Source of the DNA: Prorocentrum cordatum
Lineage: Eukaryota
DNA length: 64,000 nucleotides
Reading direction: 5' to 3'
Assembly: GCA_963575745.1 (NCBI GenBank)
Contig: CAUYUJ010000215.1
Location: forward strand, 1-64,000
The translations under genes were made by a program, and so were the position numbers. The notes under the pieces were generated by a model. It searched no databases. It was given only the letters and a program-made list of their open reading frames with translations, and was not told the origin of the DNA. Below, in pieces: positions 34,452 through 45,327 of this stretch; position 1 is the stretch's first letter; the number at the start of each line of letters is the position of its first letter.

Positions 34452-35614
34452 GTTCCTCATTGTCACGCCAGATGGACAAGTATATGATGAAGAGCATGGA
34501 CCTGCCAATGCGGACGTGGTGGGGATCCGCTTCGCGACGCAGCGGTGGCCACCTCCGCCCGGCGTGACGAGGGCGATGTGCTACAGGTTCGCCGCCGCTC
34601 CGGCGGCGGCTCAGATCGCCCAGTGGACGGGTGAGGCGACCGCCCACGCCATGGCGCTGCAGACTACGGTGGCGCCGCTCCCCGCGCTGGTGCACGGCAG
34701 CGCGACGCCGCCGGGGGTACCAGCCGCCGCGCCTGCTCCTGGGGCCGCCCGCGCCTGGCGCGGCGGCCGCCGCGGGTGCTGCACCCGCGCCCGCTCAGGG
34801 GGGAGCAGGCAGCTGGCTGGCGGTCGAGACGCGGGCTGGGCTTCGTCGCGGTGATGCGGTGGCCCTCTTGCCGCAGGCCATTGTGCAGGGCACGCGTGCT
34901 ATGCAAGAGCAGGGGGTGCCGCCGCAGTGGGTGCTGCTCGCCTTCGTGCCGCAGGGCGGCGAGATCGAGTTCGCGGGGGCGGAGGCGGTAGGCGACGCTC
35001 GGCTGATGACCGTGACGACCATCGGTGGGCAGAGAGTGAAGGCGGTGTTCCGAGCGGCAGTGGATGCCGTGCAGGAGGTGAACTTCGTGGACTTCCCGGT
35101 GCCAGGCCCTCGCACGACGTTATGGTGCCTGAAGTTCACCAATCGCCGCAACGGAGGTGCTATTGACTGGCACCGCTTCTGGGAGCACACGCACGGCCTC
35201 AAGGCCGAGTTCTGGGGCGTCGGTGAGCATTTCATGATCATGCAAACCGTGGAGTTAGCCCTCACGTACGACGCCTTGGACGTCGTGAACCTGGGGGCTT
35301 TCGAGCTGATGATCAGGAAGGCCCAACTCATCGAGTGCAGCTACTCCGAGATGGGCGGCGGCGGGAGGTCCAGCGACGGCGCCGAGGCCGACGGCAAGGA
35401 GAAGAAGGACAAGAAGGGCAAGGGCCGTGGCGGCCTCATGCGAGTGGGGCTCTACGACGAGTCCCAGATCTTCATGGGGGGCCACAAGGAGTTCGGGGAC
35501 ATCATGGTGGCCCCCGACCTCCTGGACTACGTGTCGAAGGAGGTGGAGCGCGACGCCAGCGTGCTCAAGCAGGTTCGCAAGGCCCGCGAGGAGCGGGCCG
35601 CGGCGGGCCGTTAG
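34279..35614 (+). CDS. Gag-like ORF1 with a single +1 frameshift at ~34741-34744 (GGGG)
   Basis: ORF 34279-34854 (LWHQRLLLG...IVTPDGQVYDE) joins ORF 34631-35614 (PVPGPRTTLWCL...YDALDVVNLGAFELMIRK...LKQVRKAREER) if one G is removed, giving ...APAPG-PPAPG... Confidence 0.72.
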
Positions 35615-35689
35615 CCCTACGAGAAGGCCGCCCGATCAGGCCTCCTGCCTGGTCGGGCTCCCGGCGAGGGGACTCTCGTTCCCTCGCCC

Positions 35690-38600
35690 ATGCGGGCGGC
35701 TGCCGCGTCCTCGGACATGAAGGCTGCCCACAGTTTTGGACTGCCAGCCGCTGACGGTCGACAGCGCGACCTGCTCCCGCTGCCTGATGTGTTTCAGGGG
35801 CCATCCAGTTTTTCGGCGTCGACACGACCGAGTCTGTCACGACGCTCACGCCAGCGCCTCCATGCGCATCAGCACGAGTTGAAGTGGGCGAGCGACATGG
35901 TGGAGTCGCTCAACGAGATGAGTGCTGGGCCGCAGCACCGCGGCGCGCCGGGGGCGCAGGCCACCGAGGGCCAGCAGATGGTGCTCGACCGCCTTCTCTC
36001 GTGTGCTCAGGAGGTGGGTCGCCCCCCTCCTGGGCTTTCAGGCCAGGAAGCCTTGCGAGAGCTTCTGGCCCGCCGGGGCTACGACGGCGAGCCCGCGACC
36101 CTGGCCAACCTTGATGTTGACTGTCTGGCACTTCCTGAGCGAGGTCACCGAGCGGTACCTCTTTTGGAACTGGATGAGCCAGCTGGTGTGGAAGTCAGAA
36201 GGATCCTACAGGAGAAGCTCCTGCCAAAAGAGGAGGCGGAGCAGCGTAAGTTGAGTTCGGGAGTGAAGAAGGTTTTCACGGATTCTCGCCTTCGTAATCG
36301 CCGTGAATACTGCAAGCTGGTGAAGCGGCTTGAGGCGTGCGGTCTTATCGAGTACAGGACGCACCGCGAGGAGGATGTCGGTGTGTTCGCGGTCCACAAA
36401 AAGGATGGCAGACAACGTATGATCATTGATGCCCGATGGGCCAACTCTCACTTTGCTGACCCACCAGACGTCAAGCTGGCCACGGGCCAAAGCTTCGCCA
36501 TGCTCGAGGTCGACGCAGGCGAGCCCGTGTGGCTTGGCGGAGTGGACATCGTGAACTGTTTTTACACGCTGGAGCTCCCGGCCGAGTTCCGCGGGTACTT
36601 TGCCCTTCCTCGCCTTCGCGCCCGCGATGTTGGTGGAGACGGTGATGGAGTCGTATTTCCGTGCCTGAAGGTGATCCCGATGGGCTGGAATCAGGCGCTG
36701 ATGGCCTGTCAGGTCATCCACGAAGCCATGGTGGACAAGATCGAAGGGATCTCGGCCGCCAACAGGATGTCCGACGGGGCCGAGGTGCCAGCCATGCAGC
36801 CGAAGGTCCACACGGAGTACGTGGACAACTTCGTGGCGTACGCTGGCGAGCAAGGCCCTGTGGCAGAGGCTGCTCGGCGGGTGGACGCCCTGTTCCGCTC
36901 GAAGGGGCTCCCTACCCACGGGGTCGAGGTGGGCCAGGGCGGCGCTTCGCTCGGCTGGGAATTCGCGACCGACACCAGCCTGGTGGGGCCGAGTCGGCTT
37001 CGCCTCTGGCGGCTGCGGCTGGGCATCCAGGAGGTGCTGCGCCGCCCGAGGGTGTCGGGCCGTGTGATCGAGATCATCATAGGCCATCTCACCTTCGTGG
37101 GCTTGCTGCGCCGTGAGTTCCTGGCAGTTTTCGGGGCCGTCTATGCCTTCGTCAGCCAGAATCGTGAGCGGGAGGTTGCACTCTGGCCTGCCGTCAGGAG
37201 GGAGTTGAAATGGGCGTCCTCCTTACTCCCTCTGCTGCGTCGTGATCTCGGGGCAGCGTGGTCGGACACGGTCTGTGTCAGCGACGCGTCGCCGTGGGGT
37301 CGCGGCGTCGTAGAGGGGGAACGGGCGGTGCCGCTCATTGCAGCTGCCGGGCGGGTGAGCGAGCGCTGGCGCTTCTCGAAGAGTGAGGAGCTCGGCGCCC
37401 GGGCTCGACTGCACTGCGAGTTGCAGCAAAGCAGGCTGCGATCGCAGGAGAAGGACAACCAATGGCCAGACAGCTGTACCCCTTCCTCAGACTTCAGAGA
37501 AGTCAGCCCTGAACTCATGAAAGGCGAATGGAGAGTTGTGTCTGCTGGCCGCTGGTGGAAGTCCGAACACATGCCCCTGCTCGAGGCTAGAGCGGTCCTC
37601 TGGGCCCTGAAGCACCAGCTCCGACGTCGGAGATCTTTTGGCAAAAAGCTACTATTCATCGTCGACGCTATGAGTATCGCTCTGATGTTTTCAAAGGGGA
37701 GATCGTCGTCATCACCTATGAATCGCATCTGCAGACAATGGAGCGCACTATGTCTCGGAGCCAATGTTATGCCAAGCGTACGATGGATCATGAGCGAGCT
37801 AAACCCAGCAGATGAGCCATCACGAATATATACACCACCATCAACGTCATCAGCACTACATCGTTATTTCCTCGGTTCCGTACCACGTCTTGGATCCGAT
37901 TCAGGCAGCCCGAGGTCGGGGCACCGGGGCGACTCAGAGCGCGATGCTGCGCCGCCCTGCCCTGGCGGCGGCAGCGTCGCCCGCGGCGAGCAGCGGGCAG
38001 CTCAGCCGAGCGGCGGCCGCTGCGCCCTCAGCGACTCGGAGGCCGACAGCAGCGGCGGAGGCGAAGGCCAAGCGGGCCGCCCAGAGGAGGGCGCGCCAGC
38101 CCGAGGCGAAGGCCTACCAGGCCTCGGAGGGCCGCACCTTCCTGGAGGCCCGATCGGTGTCGAAGCCCGTGGAGGCGCTGTACAACACGCTGATGGACGA
38201 GTTCGAGCGCTGGGCGGCGGCCGAGCAGCTGGAGCTGCGGACGCTGGCGCAGCGCGACGCGGCGCTGGCGAAGTACTCGACCTTCCTCTTCTTCGAGGGC
38301 CATTCGGCGAGCGACTTCAGCAAGACGAGGGCGGCAGCCGCCTTCCGATGGCTCGACGTGTCGAAGTCGGGCGTGGAGTTGCAGCGGGCGCGGCGAGCCC
38401 AGATCGGGTTCTGCAAGGTAGCGCCCGAGCGGTCGAGGCTACCCATCCCGCTGCTGATGGTGGCCGCGATCGCCAACGAGATGGTGTGCATGGGGGTCCC
38501 CTGGTTCATGCCGATCGCCGTGATGCTCCAGTTCGTGCTCTACCTCCGCCCGTGCGACGTGCTGTCGCTCTGCCGGGAGGAGCTGGTCCCGCCTCTCCCC

Positions 38601-39853
38601 CAGAGCGTGGGAGGGCTGGGCAGGTGGAGCGTGCTGCTCCATCGCCAAGAGATGGGACAGCCGAGCAAGACTGGCGTGTTCGACGAGGCGATGGTTCTCG
38701 ACAACACCGAGTACGACGACCTGGACCAGGTGTGGGCCTACCTCCTCAGCCGCTCCAAGGGGATGCTGTTCCCGATGACATACGTGGAGTGCGCGAACGG
38801 CTTCGCCAAGGCGGTGGAGGCCTTGGGGTGCGGCCCGCTGGGCGTGGCTCATCTGTGCCAGCTGCGCCACGGCGGGGTGAGCCACGAGGTGGCGAGTGGA
38901 CGGCGGCCGATCGCCGACGCTCAAAAAAGGGGAAGGTGGCTCAGCAGTGCCAGCATGAGGCGCTACGAGAAGGGAGGCCGCGTGACCGAGATGCTGCACC
39001 GCCTGTCGTCCGAGCAGCTGCTGCGCGCCCGCGCGTGCCGAGAACGGATTGGTGCGATCCTCTCCGGCTGCTCAGCGCCTCTGCCAGGCGGTCACGACGA
39101 GGCGTTGCGCTCGAGCTCTTCTCGGGCAGCGGCCACTTCTCGCAAGCGTGGCGCCAGTCGTCTTTCTTGAAAGGGATACCCATCTTCGAATGGGACATCA
39201 AGCATGGCGACCGTTTCGATTTGCTGAAGCCGAGCAATCAAAAGCTTATCCGTGGATGGCTCATGGCAGGCATGGTGCGGGCAGTTTGGATCGGTCTTCT
39301 TTGTGCAAGCTGGTCTTCCGCCCGCAGGTCGGACAACAGCGGGCCGCCCGCCTTGAGGAATGCTGAACACGTGATGGGCCTGCCCGGTCTCTCGCCCGCA
39401 GATCAAAGAAAAGTCAATGAAGGTAATGCAATGATGAGGTTCTGTCACTCCATCTTTTTGTTGTGCAAACGGTTGCGCATCCCAGTAGTGCTTGAGAACC
39501 CCCACTCCTCGCGCCTCTGGGTTTCTCCTCCCTTCCTCCACATAAGACAGTGGCCAGAGGCCCGGGAATTCGTCACCGATTTCTGTCAATGGGGAAAGCC
39601 ATGGAGAAAGCGAACCCGTTTTGTTTCGCTTTTTGTGGACCTGAGCGATGCCGAGAGACGGTGCCGCTCGTGTAAAGGAATCTGTACTCGTACTGGTAAG
39701 CCCCATATGATTTTATGCGGTAGGCAGGACAACAAGTTTCTGACGGCTATCGCCGAACCTTACCCCAGCAAGATGTGTGCTAAGCTTTGTCAATGTTTCG
39801 CTAATGCCATTGCCAACAAAAGAGCCCTCGCTTTGTATGATTTCGGCCTGTAG
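35690..39853 (+). CDS. Pol polyprotein: reverse transcriptase - RNase H - linker - C5 DNA methyltransferase-like domain
   Basis: RT: KKDGRQRMIIDAR, VDIVNCFY, IPMGW, EYVDN. RNase H: VSDASPWG, LLEARA, FIVDAM, SELNPADEPSR. C-terminal ELFSGSG, GLLC, ENP and RKRT. The true start may be the second ATG. Confidence 0.92.
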   Translation: MRAAAASSDMKAAHSFGLPAADGRQRDLLPLPDVFQGPSSFSASTRPSLSRRSRQRLHAHQHELKWASDMVESLNEMSAGPQHRGAPGAQATEGQQMVLDRLLSCAQEVGRPPPGLSGQEALRELLARRGYDGEPATLANLDVDCLALPERGHRAVPLLELDEPAGVEVRRILQEKLLPKEEAEQRKLSSGVKKVFTDSRLRNRREYCKLVKRLEACGLIEYRTHREEDVGVFAVHKKDGRQRMIIDARWANSHFADPPDVKLATGQSFAMLEVDAGEPVWLGGVDIVNCFYTLELPAEFRGYFALPRLRARDVGGDGDGVVFPCLKVIPMGWNQALMACQVIHEAMVDKIEGISAANRMSDGAEVPAMQPKVHTEYVDNFVAYAGEQGPVAEAARRVDALFRSKGLPTHGVEVGQGGASLGWEFATDTSLVGPSRLRLWRLRLGIQEVLRRPRVSGRVIEIIIGHLTFVGLLRREFLAVFGAVYAFVSQNREREVALWPAVRRELKWASSLLPLLRRDLGAAWSDTVCVSDASPWGRGVVEGERAVPLIAAAGRVSERWRFSKSEELGARARLHCELQQSRLRSQEKDNQWPDSCTPSSDFREVSPELMKGEWRVVSAGRWWKSEHMPLLEARAVLWALKHQLRRRRSFGKKLLFIVDAMSIALMFSKGRSSSSPMNRICRQWSALCLGANVMPSVRWIMSELNPADEPSRIYTPPSTSSALHRYFLGSVPRLGSDSGSPRSGHRGDSERDAAPPCPGGGSVARGEQRAAQPSGGRCALSDSEADSSGGGEGQAGRPEEGAPARGEGLPGLGGPHLPGGPIGVEARGGAVQHADGRVRALGGGRAAGAADAGAARRGAGEVLDLPLLRGPFGERLQQDEGGSRLPMARRVEVGRGVAAGAASPDRVLQGSARAVEATHPAADGGRDRQRDGVHGGPLVHADRRDAPVRALPPPVRRAVALPGGAGPASPPERGRAGQVERAAPSPRDGTAEQDWRVRRGDGSRQHRVRRPGPGVGLPPQPLQGDAVPDDIRGVRERLRQGGGGLGVRPAGRGSSVPAAPRRGEPRGGEWTAADRRRSKKGKVAQQCQHEALREGRPRDRDAAPPVVRAAAARPRVPRTDWCDPLRLLSASARRSRRGVALELFSGSGHFSQAWRQSSFLKGIPIFEWDIKHGDRFDLLKPSNQKLIRGWLMAGMVRAVWIGLLCASWSSARRSDNSGPPALRNAEHVMGLPGLSPADQRKVNEGNAMMRFCHSIFLLCKRLRIPVVLENPHSSRLWVSPPFLHIRQWPEAREFVTDFCQWGKPWRKRTRFVSLFVDLSDAERRCRSCKGICTRTGKPHMILCGRQDNKFLTAIAEPYPSKMCAKLCQCFANAIANKRALALYDFGL
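37812..39170 (+). CDS. Tyrosine recombinase nested in the +1 frame of pol
   Basis: YLRPCD (R), SKTG (K), QLRHGG (xxRH variant of HxxR), RGRW (W), RRYEK (Y). Start codon uncertain. Confidence 0.88.
   Translation: MSHHEYIHHHQRHQHYIVISSVPYHVLDPIQAARGRGTGATQSAMLRRPALAAAASPAASSGQLSRAAAAAPSATRRPTAAAEAKAKRAAQRRARQPEAKAYQASEGRTFLEARSVSKPVEALYNTLMDEFERWAAAEQLELRTLAQRDAALAKYSTFLFFEGHSASDFSKTRAAAAFRWLDVSKSGVELQRARRAQIGFCKVAPERSRLPIPLLMVAAIANEMVCMGVPWFMPIAVMLQFVLYLRPCDVLSLCREELVPPLPQSVGGLGRWSVLLHRQEMGQPSKTGVFDEAMVLDNTEYDDLDQVWAYLLSRSKGMLFPMTYVECANGFAKAVEALGCGPLGVAHLCQLRHGGVSHEVASGRRPIADAQKRGRWLSSASMRRYEKGGRVTEMLHRLSSEQLLRARACRERIGAILSGCSAPLPGGHDEALRSSSSRAAATSRKRGASRLS
39101..39853 (+). other. C5 cytosine methyltransferase-like domain within pol
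   Basis: Motif I VALELFSGSG, acidic motif II FEWDI, motif IV GLLC (Cys codon 39302-39304), motif VI LENP, motif VIII WRKRT. Confidence 0.78.
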
Positions 39854-39895
39854 GCCAGCAGTATTTCTGGCATCGTGAGCGCTTCCATAGTTTTG

Positions 39896-40303
39896 GTGTG
39901 TGTGTGTGTGCGTGCAGTGGCCCTTGTATGATATCAAACAGGTGCCGTCGGCTCGCCATGCCTCCAGCTGAGGCGGATCGCCTCCGACCACACACAGAAA
40001 AGGTCTCTGCTGGCGGGGAAGGTGCAGGCAGGCTGATGTAAGTGCTCGCACGTGAATCATCTAGGCAAGCCCGACCGCCGCTAAGCGGTACAACGCTTCC
40101 GTAGTCTTCTCTCCCCCCCTCCCTTGGCTCTCGCTGCCCCGTTCGACTCTCTCAGCGCTATGTGTGTGTGTGTGTGCGTGCAGTGGCCCTTGTATGATAT
40201 CAAACAGGTGCCGTCGGCTCGCCATGCCTCCAGCTGAGGCGGATCGCCTCCGACCACACACAGAAAAGGTCTCTGCTGGCGGGGAAGGTGCAGGCAGGCT
40301 GAT
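39896..40303 (+). repeat. B1-A2-(spacer)-B2 right end of element 2
   Basis: Exact repeats; B1/A2 junction CAGGCTG-AT-GTAAGT. Confidence 0.95.
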
Positions 40304-43300
40304 ATATATATATATATATATAAATATGTGTATATATATATACAAATAAAAATTGTCACCGTATTTTCACATATTTTCTGGTCTTCCCCCCCTCAATTCC
40401 CATTTTTTCCCATATTTTCTGGGGAGTCGACGATTGATTGTGTCTGTATGTTTCTTTCCCTCCTGATGAATTTCGAGCTTCCCCGCGCGCGCAGCGCGCT
40501 CTCCCGCGGCGCGGGCCCGTGAGCCGGCTGTTTTGCGGCCGCGTCTGCCGCTGCTGCCGCGCCGGCCCTTGCTGCCCGTCGCCGCCCCCGCGGCGTTCCG
40601 GCGGTCGCCGTCGCTGCGGGTCGCTGTCGCCGGTGCGACGTCCTGTCGGTCGTCGTGCCGCCGCTTCGCCTCAATGGTCGTCGTTGGCGGCCGCCGCCGC
40701 CGCGGTTGCGGCTACTGAGTGCGCGTCGCCGTCGCCGTCGCCGTCGCGGGTGCTTCGCCTGTCGCGGCCGCTCCGTCTTTGCGTTCGCCGCTGCTTTCGC
40801 CGTGCCGCTCTTTGGCTGGTCCGCTGCTCGGGCTGCGGTTGCGGTCGCGCGCCGCCGCCCCGTCGTCGTTCGGTCGTCGCGGGGGCGGGTTCGCCGTCGC
40901 TGCCGCGTCATCTTCGCGGTCGTCGTCGCCACCGCTTCGCCCCCGCTGGCTGCGGCTGTTGTCGTGGTCGCCGCTGCTGCTGGCGCGTCGCCGTCGCCGT
41001 CGGGTCGCCGTCGCTGCCGCGCCGTCGCCGCGTCCGCCGCCGTTGTCGCCGCGTCGTTGTCGAGTCGCGTCGTTTGTTTTTAGCCTCTTGCCGTCTTCTG
41101 CGTAGCTCCGCGCCTCGGGTCGCGCGTCCTCGTCGCTCTCCCGTGCTCGCGTGGTGCGTGCGCACGCACGTGTGGCGTGTCTTTGCTGCACATTGGGACG
41201 TTCCGCGCCCGTGCGGGCCAGCCGCGGGATGGCCTGGCTACTTTGGCTGCGCCGCCATCGCGCAGTCCGCGGGCGATTCACACGAGGGCGACTGGGGCGA
41301 CGAAATCAGCGATGACTTGCGCCAGCGCAGACCAGACCTCCACCGACCGCCCACACATACCCACTCGAAAGGTGAACCAAACGACACCGCATGGATGCGA
41401 ACATCCCAGGACACCGAAACATGGACGGCGCTCGAGCATCACTGCACCGACCCCGCACCAGCAAACACACAGGACCAAGGCCAATTAACATGAACACCCA
41501 GCAGAAGTCGAGACGACACGCCCTGCCCGCGCCTACACCGACACCAGGATTTTTTCTTCCTCCCTCCGTCCCTCCTCTTCCCCACCGACACGCGCGAGCA
41601 TGCCGAACGGTGCGCCGACATCGACCTTCAGGACCCTTCTCCCCCTCCCTCCCCTTCTATGTTTTACATGTGTCGCGCGTTGCATGTTGTCCAGACGCGC
41701 CAGATCTCTGAGGCCACGGCCTTGCCCGCCTGGTCTTAGCCAGGCTCGGGCGGTGTCCGCAGCGGTGGTCGTATCGCATCGCGACGTAAGAGCGCGCGTC
41801 GGCCGACGCGGTCACTTTTTACTTCTCAAGGTGCAAGAATCGAGACTGGCCCGCAGTTGCATTGCGCACCTGCTGGTGCACCAGCTCTCCCGCCGCGCGC
41901 GCGGTGCATGTTGCGCAGGAATTCATCGCGGGGGTCCCCGTGGGCGAACCCGCTTTCCCCCGCTTGCGGCGGGTGGATTCCCCGAGGGGCAGTGTCTCCG
42001 GCCGCCTCCGTTGCGTGGGCCATGAGAGCCGCGGCGCCGCGTGCCAGCGCGCCAGGGGGGGTGCGCTTCACTAGCCACCGGAGAGGTCCTTCGACGTAGC
42101 CATGCCGAAACGAAGAGACGGCGCCAGGGTCGCCGCTGTGAGATCATGCGAGACGGTGGCTTGCCATCTGGAGCGTTCGGGGAGTATCCCGACATGCACC
42201 GCAGTGAATGCGAGGCATCCGCCGAGGCGGTAGCCGCCGCCTCTGGCGGCAGCGCACCGCGTTGCGCAACGGTCCCCTCGCGCTCGGCGCTGCGAAGCTT
42301 GGGCTCGGTGCGCGCTGCGACCTGCACCCTGGGGAAGAGGAGGAGGAGGAGGAGGAGGAGGAGGAGGAGGAGGAGGAGGAGGAGGAGGAGGAGGAGGAGG
42401 AGGGAGGAGCAGAGGAGGGAGGAGGAGGAGGAGCAGGAGGAGGAGGAGGAGGAGGAGGAGGAGGAGGAGGAGGAGGAGGAGGAGGAGTAGGAGGAGGAGA
42501 CGGAGGAGCAGGAGGAAGGTGGCGGCAGGCCGTGCGTGCCCTGTCCGAGCGAGCCTGGGCGCCTGCCCTGCGGCTTGGGGTTCAACGCCCAGGCTGACCC
42601 GGTCGGGGACGGCGCCTGCCACCGCGAGCGCGCCCACGCTCGGTGCCAGAGTTGTGGAGGACGATCAATGGAGAGGAAGCATGTTGCCACATAATTCTAG
42701 ACGCTTCGCGTATCCCCACCAGCCCGTCCAGAAACGACGCCCGGGCGAGCAGAGGGTCGTCCTGAGGGGCTTTTCGGCGTCTTGGGTGCCTCGGGGGGGC
42801 CTCTGTGGGCCGTTCGGGATCCTCTTTGGGGCCTCCTGGGGGCCTCTAAACCACCGACGCCCAGAGGGCTGGTGGGACTTCCAGATGTCTAAAGCATCTG
42901 TCAAAACTGCTTTATTCTTTTAAAAAAGCCATGCTTTCAACATCTCCAGGACATTTTTTCCTACATGCTATAAACACCTTCTAAATTCAACGATCGGACT
43001 GTTAGGGTGTCTATTGTCGTGGCACCCACAATGCTAGAGGCTCGGGAGGCAGCCTCGGCTCGGTCGCTGCACCCATCGTTCGGGCGCTGCGCCCCCATGT
43101 CGGGCATTCGAGGGGGGATTCGCCGAGACTCGCGGGGCGCACCAGACGGAGGTCGGGCCGACGGGCCCGCGGCGCGGCGGCGCCCGCGACGCGTGAGGCC
43201 CGCCCGCGGGGCGCGCTGCCGTGGTCATCCTTCGGCGCGCGATTCCCGTGCGATTCGCTTTGCAGTTTGCACCGCGCTCGCGGCGCGCTCGCCCGCGGCG

Positions 43301-43867
43301 CAGGCCCGTCGGCCGCTCTGCCCCGCCCGCCTGGTCGAGGGGTCCTGGGTTGGGCCGCCCCTTCGAGGGGGCGGCCCGTGCCCGCCTCGCCCGCCTCGCC
43401 CGCCCTGGGGGTGCGACGCGCGTGGCCTGCCTGGTGGGGGGCGGCGCCTGCAACCGCGAGCGCGCCCCGCGCGCAGCGCCGGCAGGTCGGCGGTCAGCCG
43501 TGGTTCGGTCGCCGCAGGAGGGGGGGAGGAGGAGGAGGAGGGGGAGGAGGAGGAGGAGGAGGAGGAGGAAGAGGAGGAGGAGGACGGGGAGGAGGAGGAG
43601 GAGGAGGAGGAGGAGGAAAGGAGAGGATGGGGGAGGAGGAGGGGGAGGAGGAGGAGGAGGAGGAGGAGGAGGAATTGGGGGGAAAACGAGGAGGAAATCG
43701 GTGCGAAAGGAGGCGGAATGGGACGAGGAGGACGAGGACACCCACGACGAGGGTGCATGGGAAAAAGAGGTTCGAGGAGCCGCACGCTCGCTCGTTTGGC
43801 GTCCGCGCTGTTCGTCATACAGTAACCCTCCTTCGGACTCATCCTGCGGCCGATATGATTTTTACCT

Positions 43868-43902
43868 TTACTACCACTACTATCACTACTACCACCACCA
43901 CG

Positions 43903-43938
<36 letters not shown>

Positions 43939-43981
43939 GCTACTGCTACTGCTACGACTACTACTACTACTACTACTTCTT

Positions 43982-44012
<31 letters not shown>

Positions 44013-44054
44013 GACTACCACTACTCCTACTACTACTACTACTACCACTACTAT

Positions 44055-44098
<44 letters not shown>

Positions 44099-44100
44099 AG

Positions 44101-44132
<32 letters not shown>

Positions 44133-44211
44133 GACTACTACTACTACTACTATTACTACTACTACTTCTGCTACTACTACTACCACTACTACTACTACTA
44201 CTACTGCTACG

Positions 44212-44278
<67 letters not shown>

Positions 44279-44703
44279 ATATTACTACTACTACTACTAC
44301 TACTACAACTACCACTACTACTACTACTACTACTACTCGTATTACTACTAGTAGTATTAGTAGTACTACTACTACTACTAGTACTAGTACTACTACTAAC
44401 AACCACTGCTACAACCACTACTACTATTATTTCTACTACTACTACTACTACTACTACTATTACGACTACTACTACTACTGCTACTACTACTACTACTAAT
44501 GCTACTACTAGTACTAGTACTAGTACTATTTTGATTTCTACGGCTACAACTGGTACAACAACAACTACTATTATTACGACTACTACTACTACTACTACTG
44601 CTACTACTAGTACTGTCACTACTACGAGTCGTAATACTACTCCTCCTTCTCCTACTACTAGTACGATTAGTACGACGAGGACGACTACTGCTACCACTAC
44701 TAT

Positions 44704-44736
<33 letters not shown>

Positions 44737-45290
44737 AACTATTCCTACTACTACTAGTATTACTACTATCACTGCTACCCCTACCACTACTACTACTACT
44801 CTTACTACTACTACTATTACAACTACTAGTACTAGTACTAGTACTAGCACTCTTTCTACTACTCCTGCTACTATTACTGCTACTACTAGTGTTACTACTC
44901 GTGTTACTATGACTCGTGTTACTACTGGTACTGTTACTACTACTACTACTACTACTACCACTACCAGTACTACGTCTACTACTACGACTACTACCACTAC
45001 GATTGCTTCCACAACTACTACAACTACTCCTACTGCTGCTGCTGCCGCTGCTGCTACTATTACCACTACTACCACGACCACCAGTATCATACTTACTACT
45101 ACCACTACTACCACTACTGCTACTACTAATAGTATTACTCCTACTAGTATTACTACTACTACTACTACTGCTACTACTACTACTACTACTACTATTACGA
45201 CTACTACTACTACTACCACTACTACTACTACTACTACTACTAAAGCATTACTACTACTACTACTACTACTAGCACTACTAGCACTACTAG

Positions 45291-45327
<37 letters not shown>

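Larger units (their letters stand above)
33906..40303 (+). mobile_element. Young DIRS/Ngaro-like YR retrotransposon carrying a C5 DNA methyltransferase domain
   Basis: Identical split direct repeats A1 33906-33982 = A2 40036-40112 (77 bp) and B1 39896-40037 = B2 40162-40303 (142 bp). Flanked by (TA)n on both sides. Long intact ORFs. Confidence 0.95.

Noticed and set aside
39960..40060. Hammerhead ribozyme in the terminal repeats
   Set aside because: CTGAGGC and CTGATGT do not match the CUGANGA core with a correctly placed GAAA and NUH.
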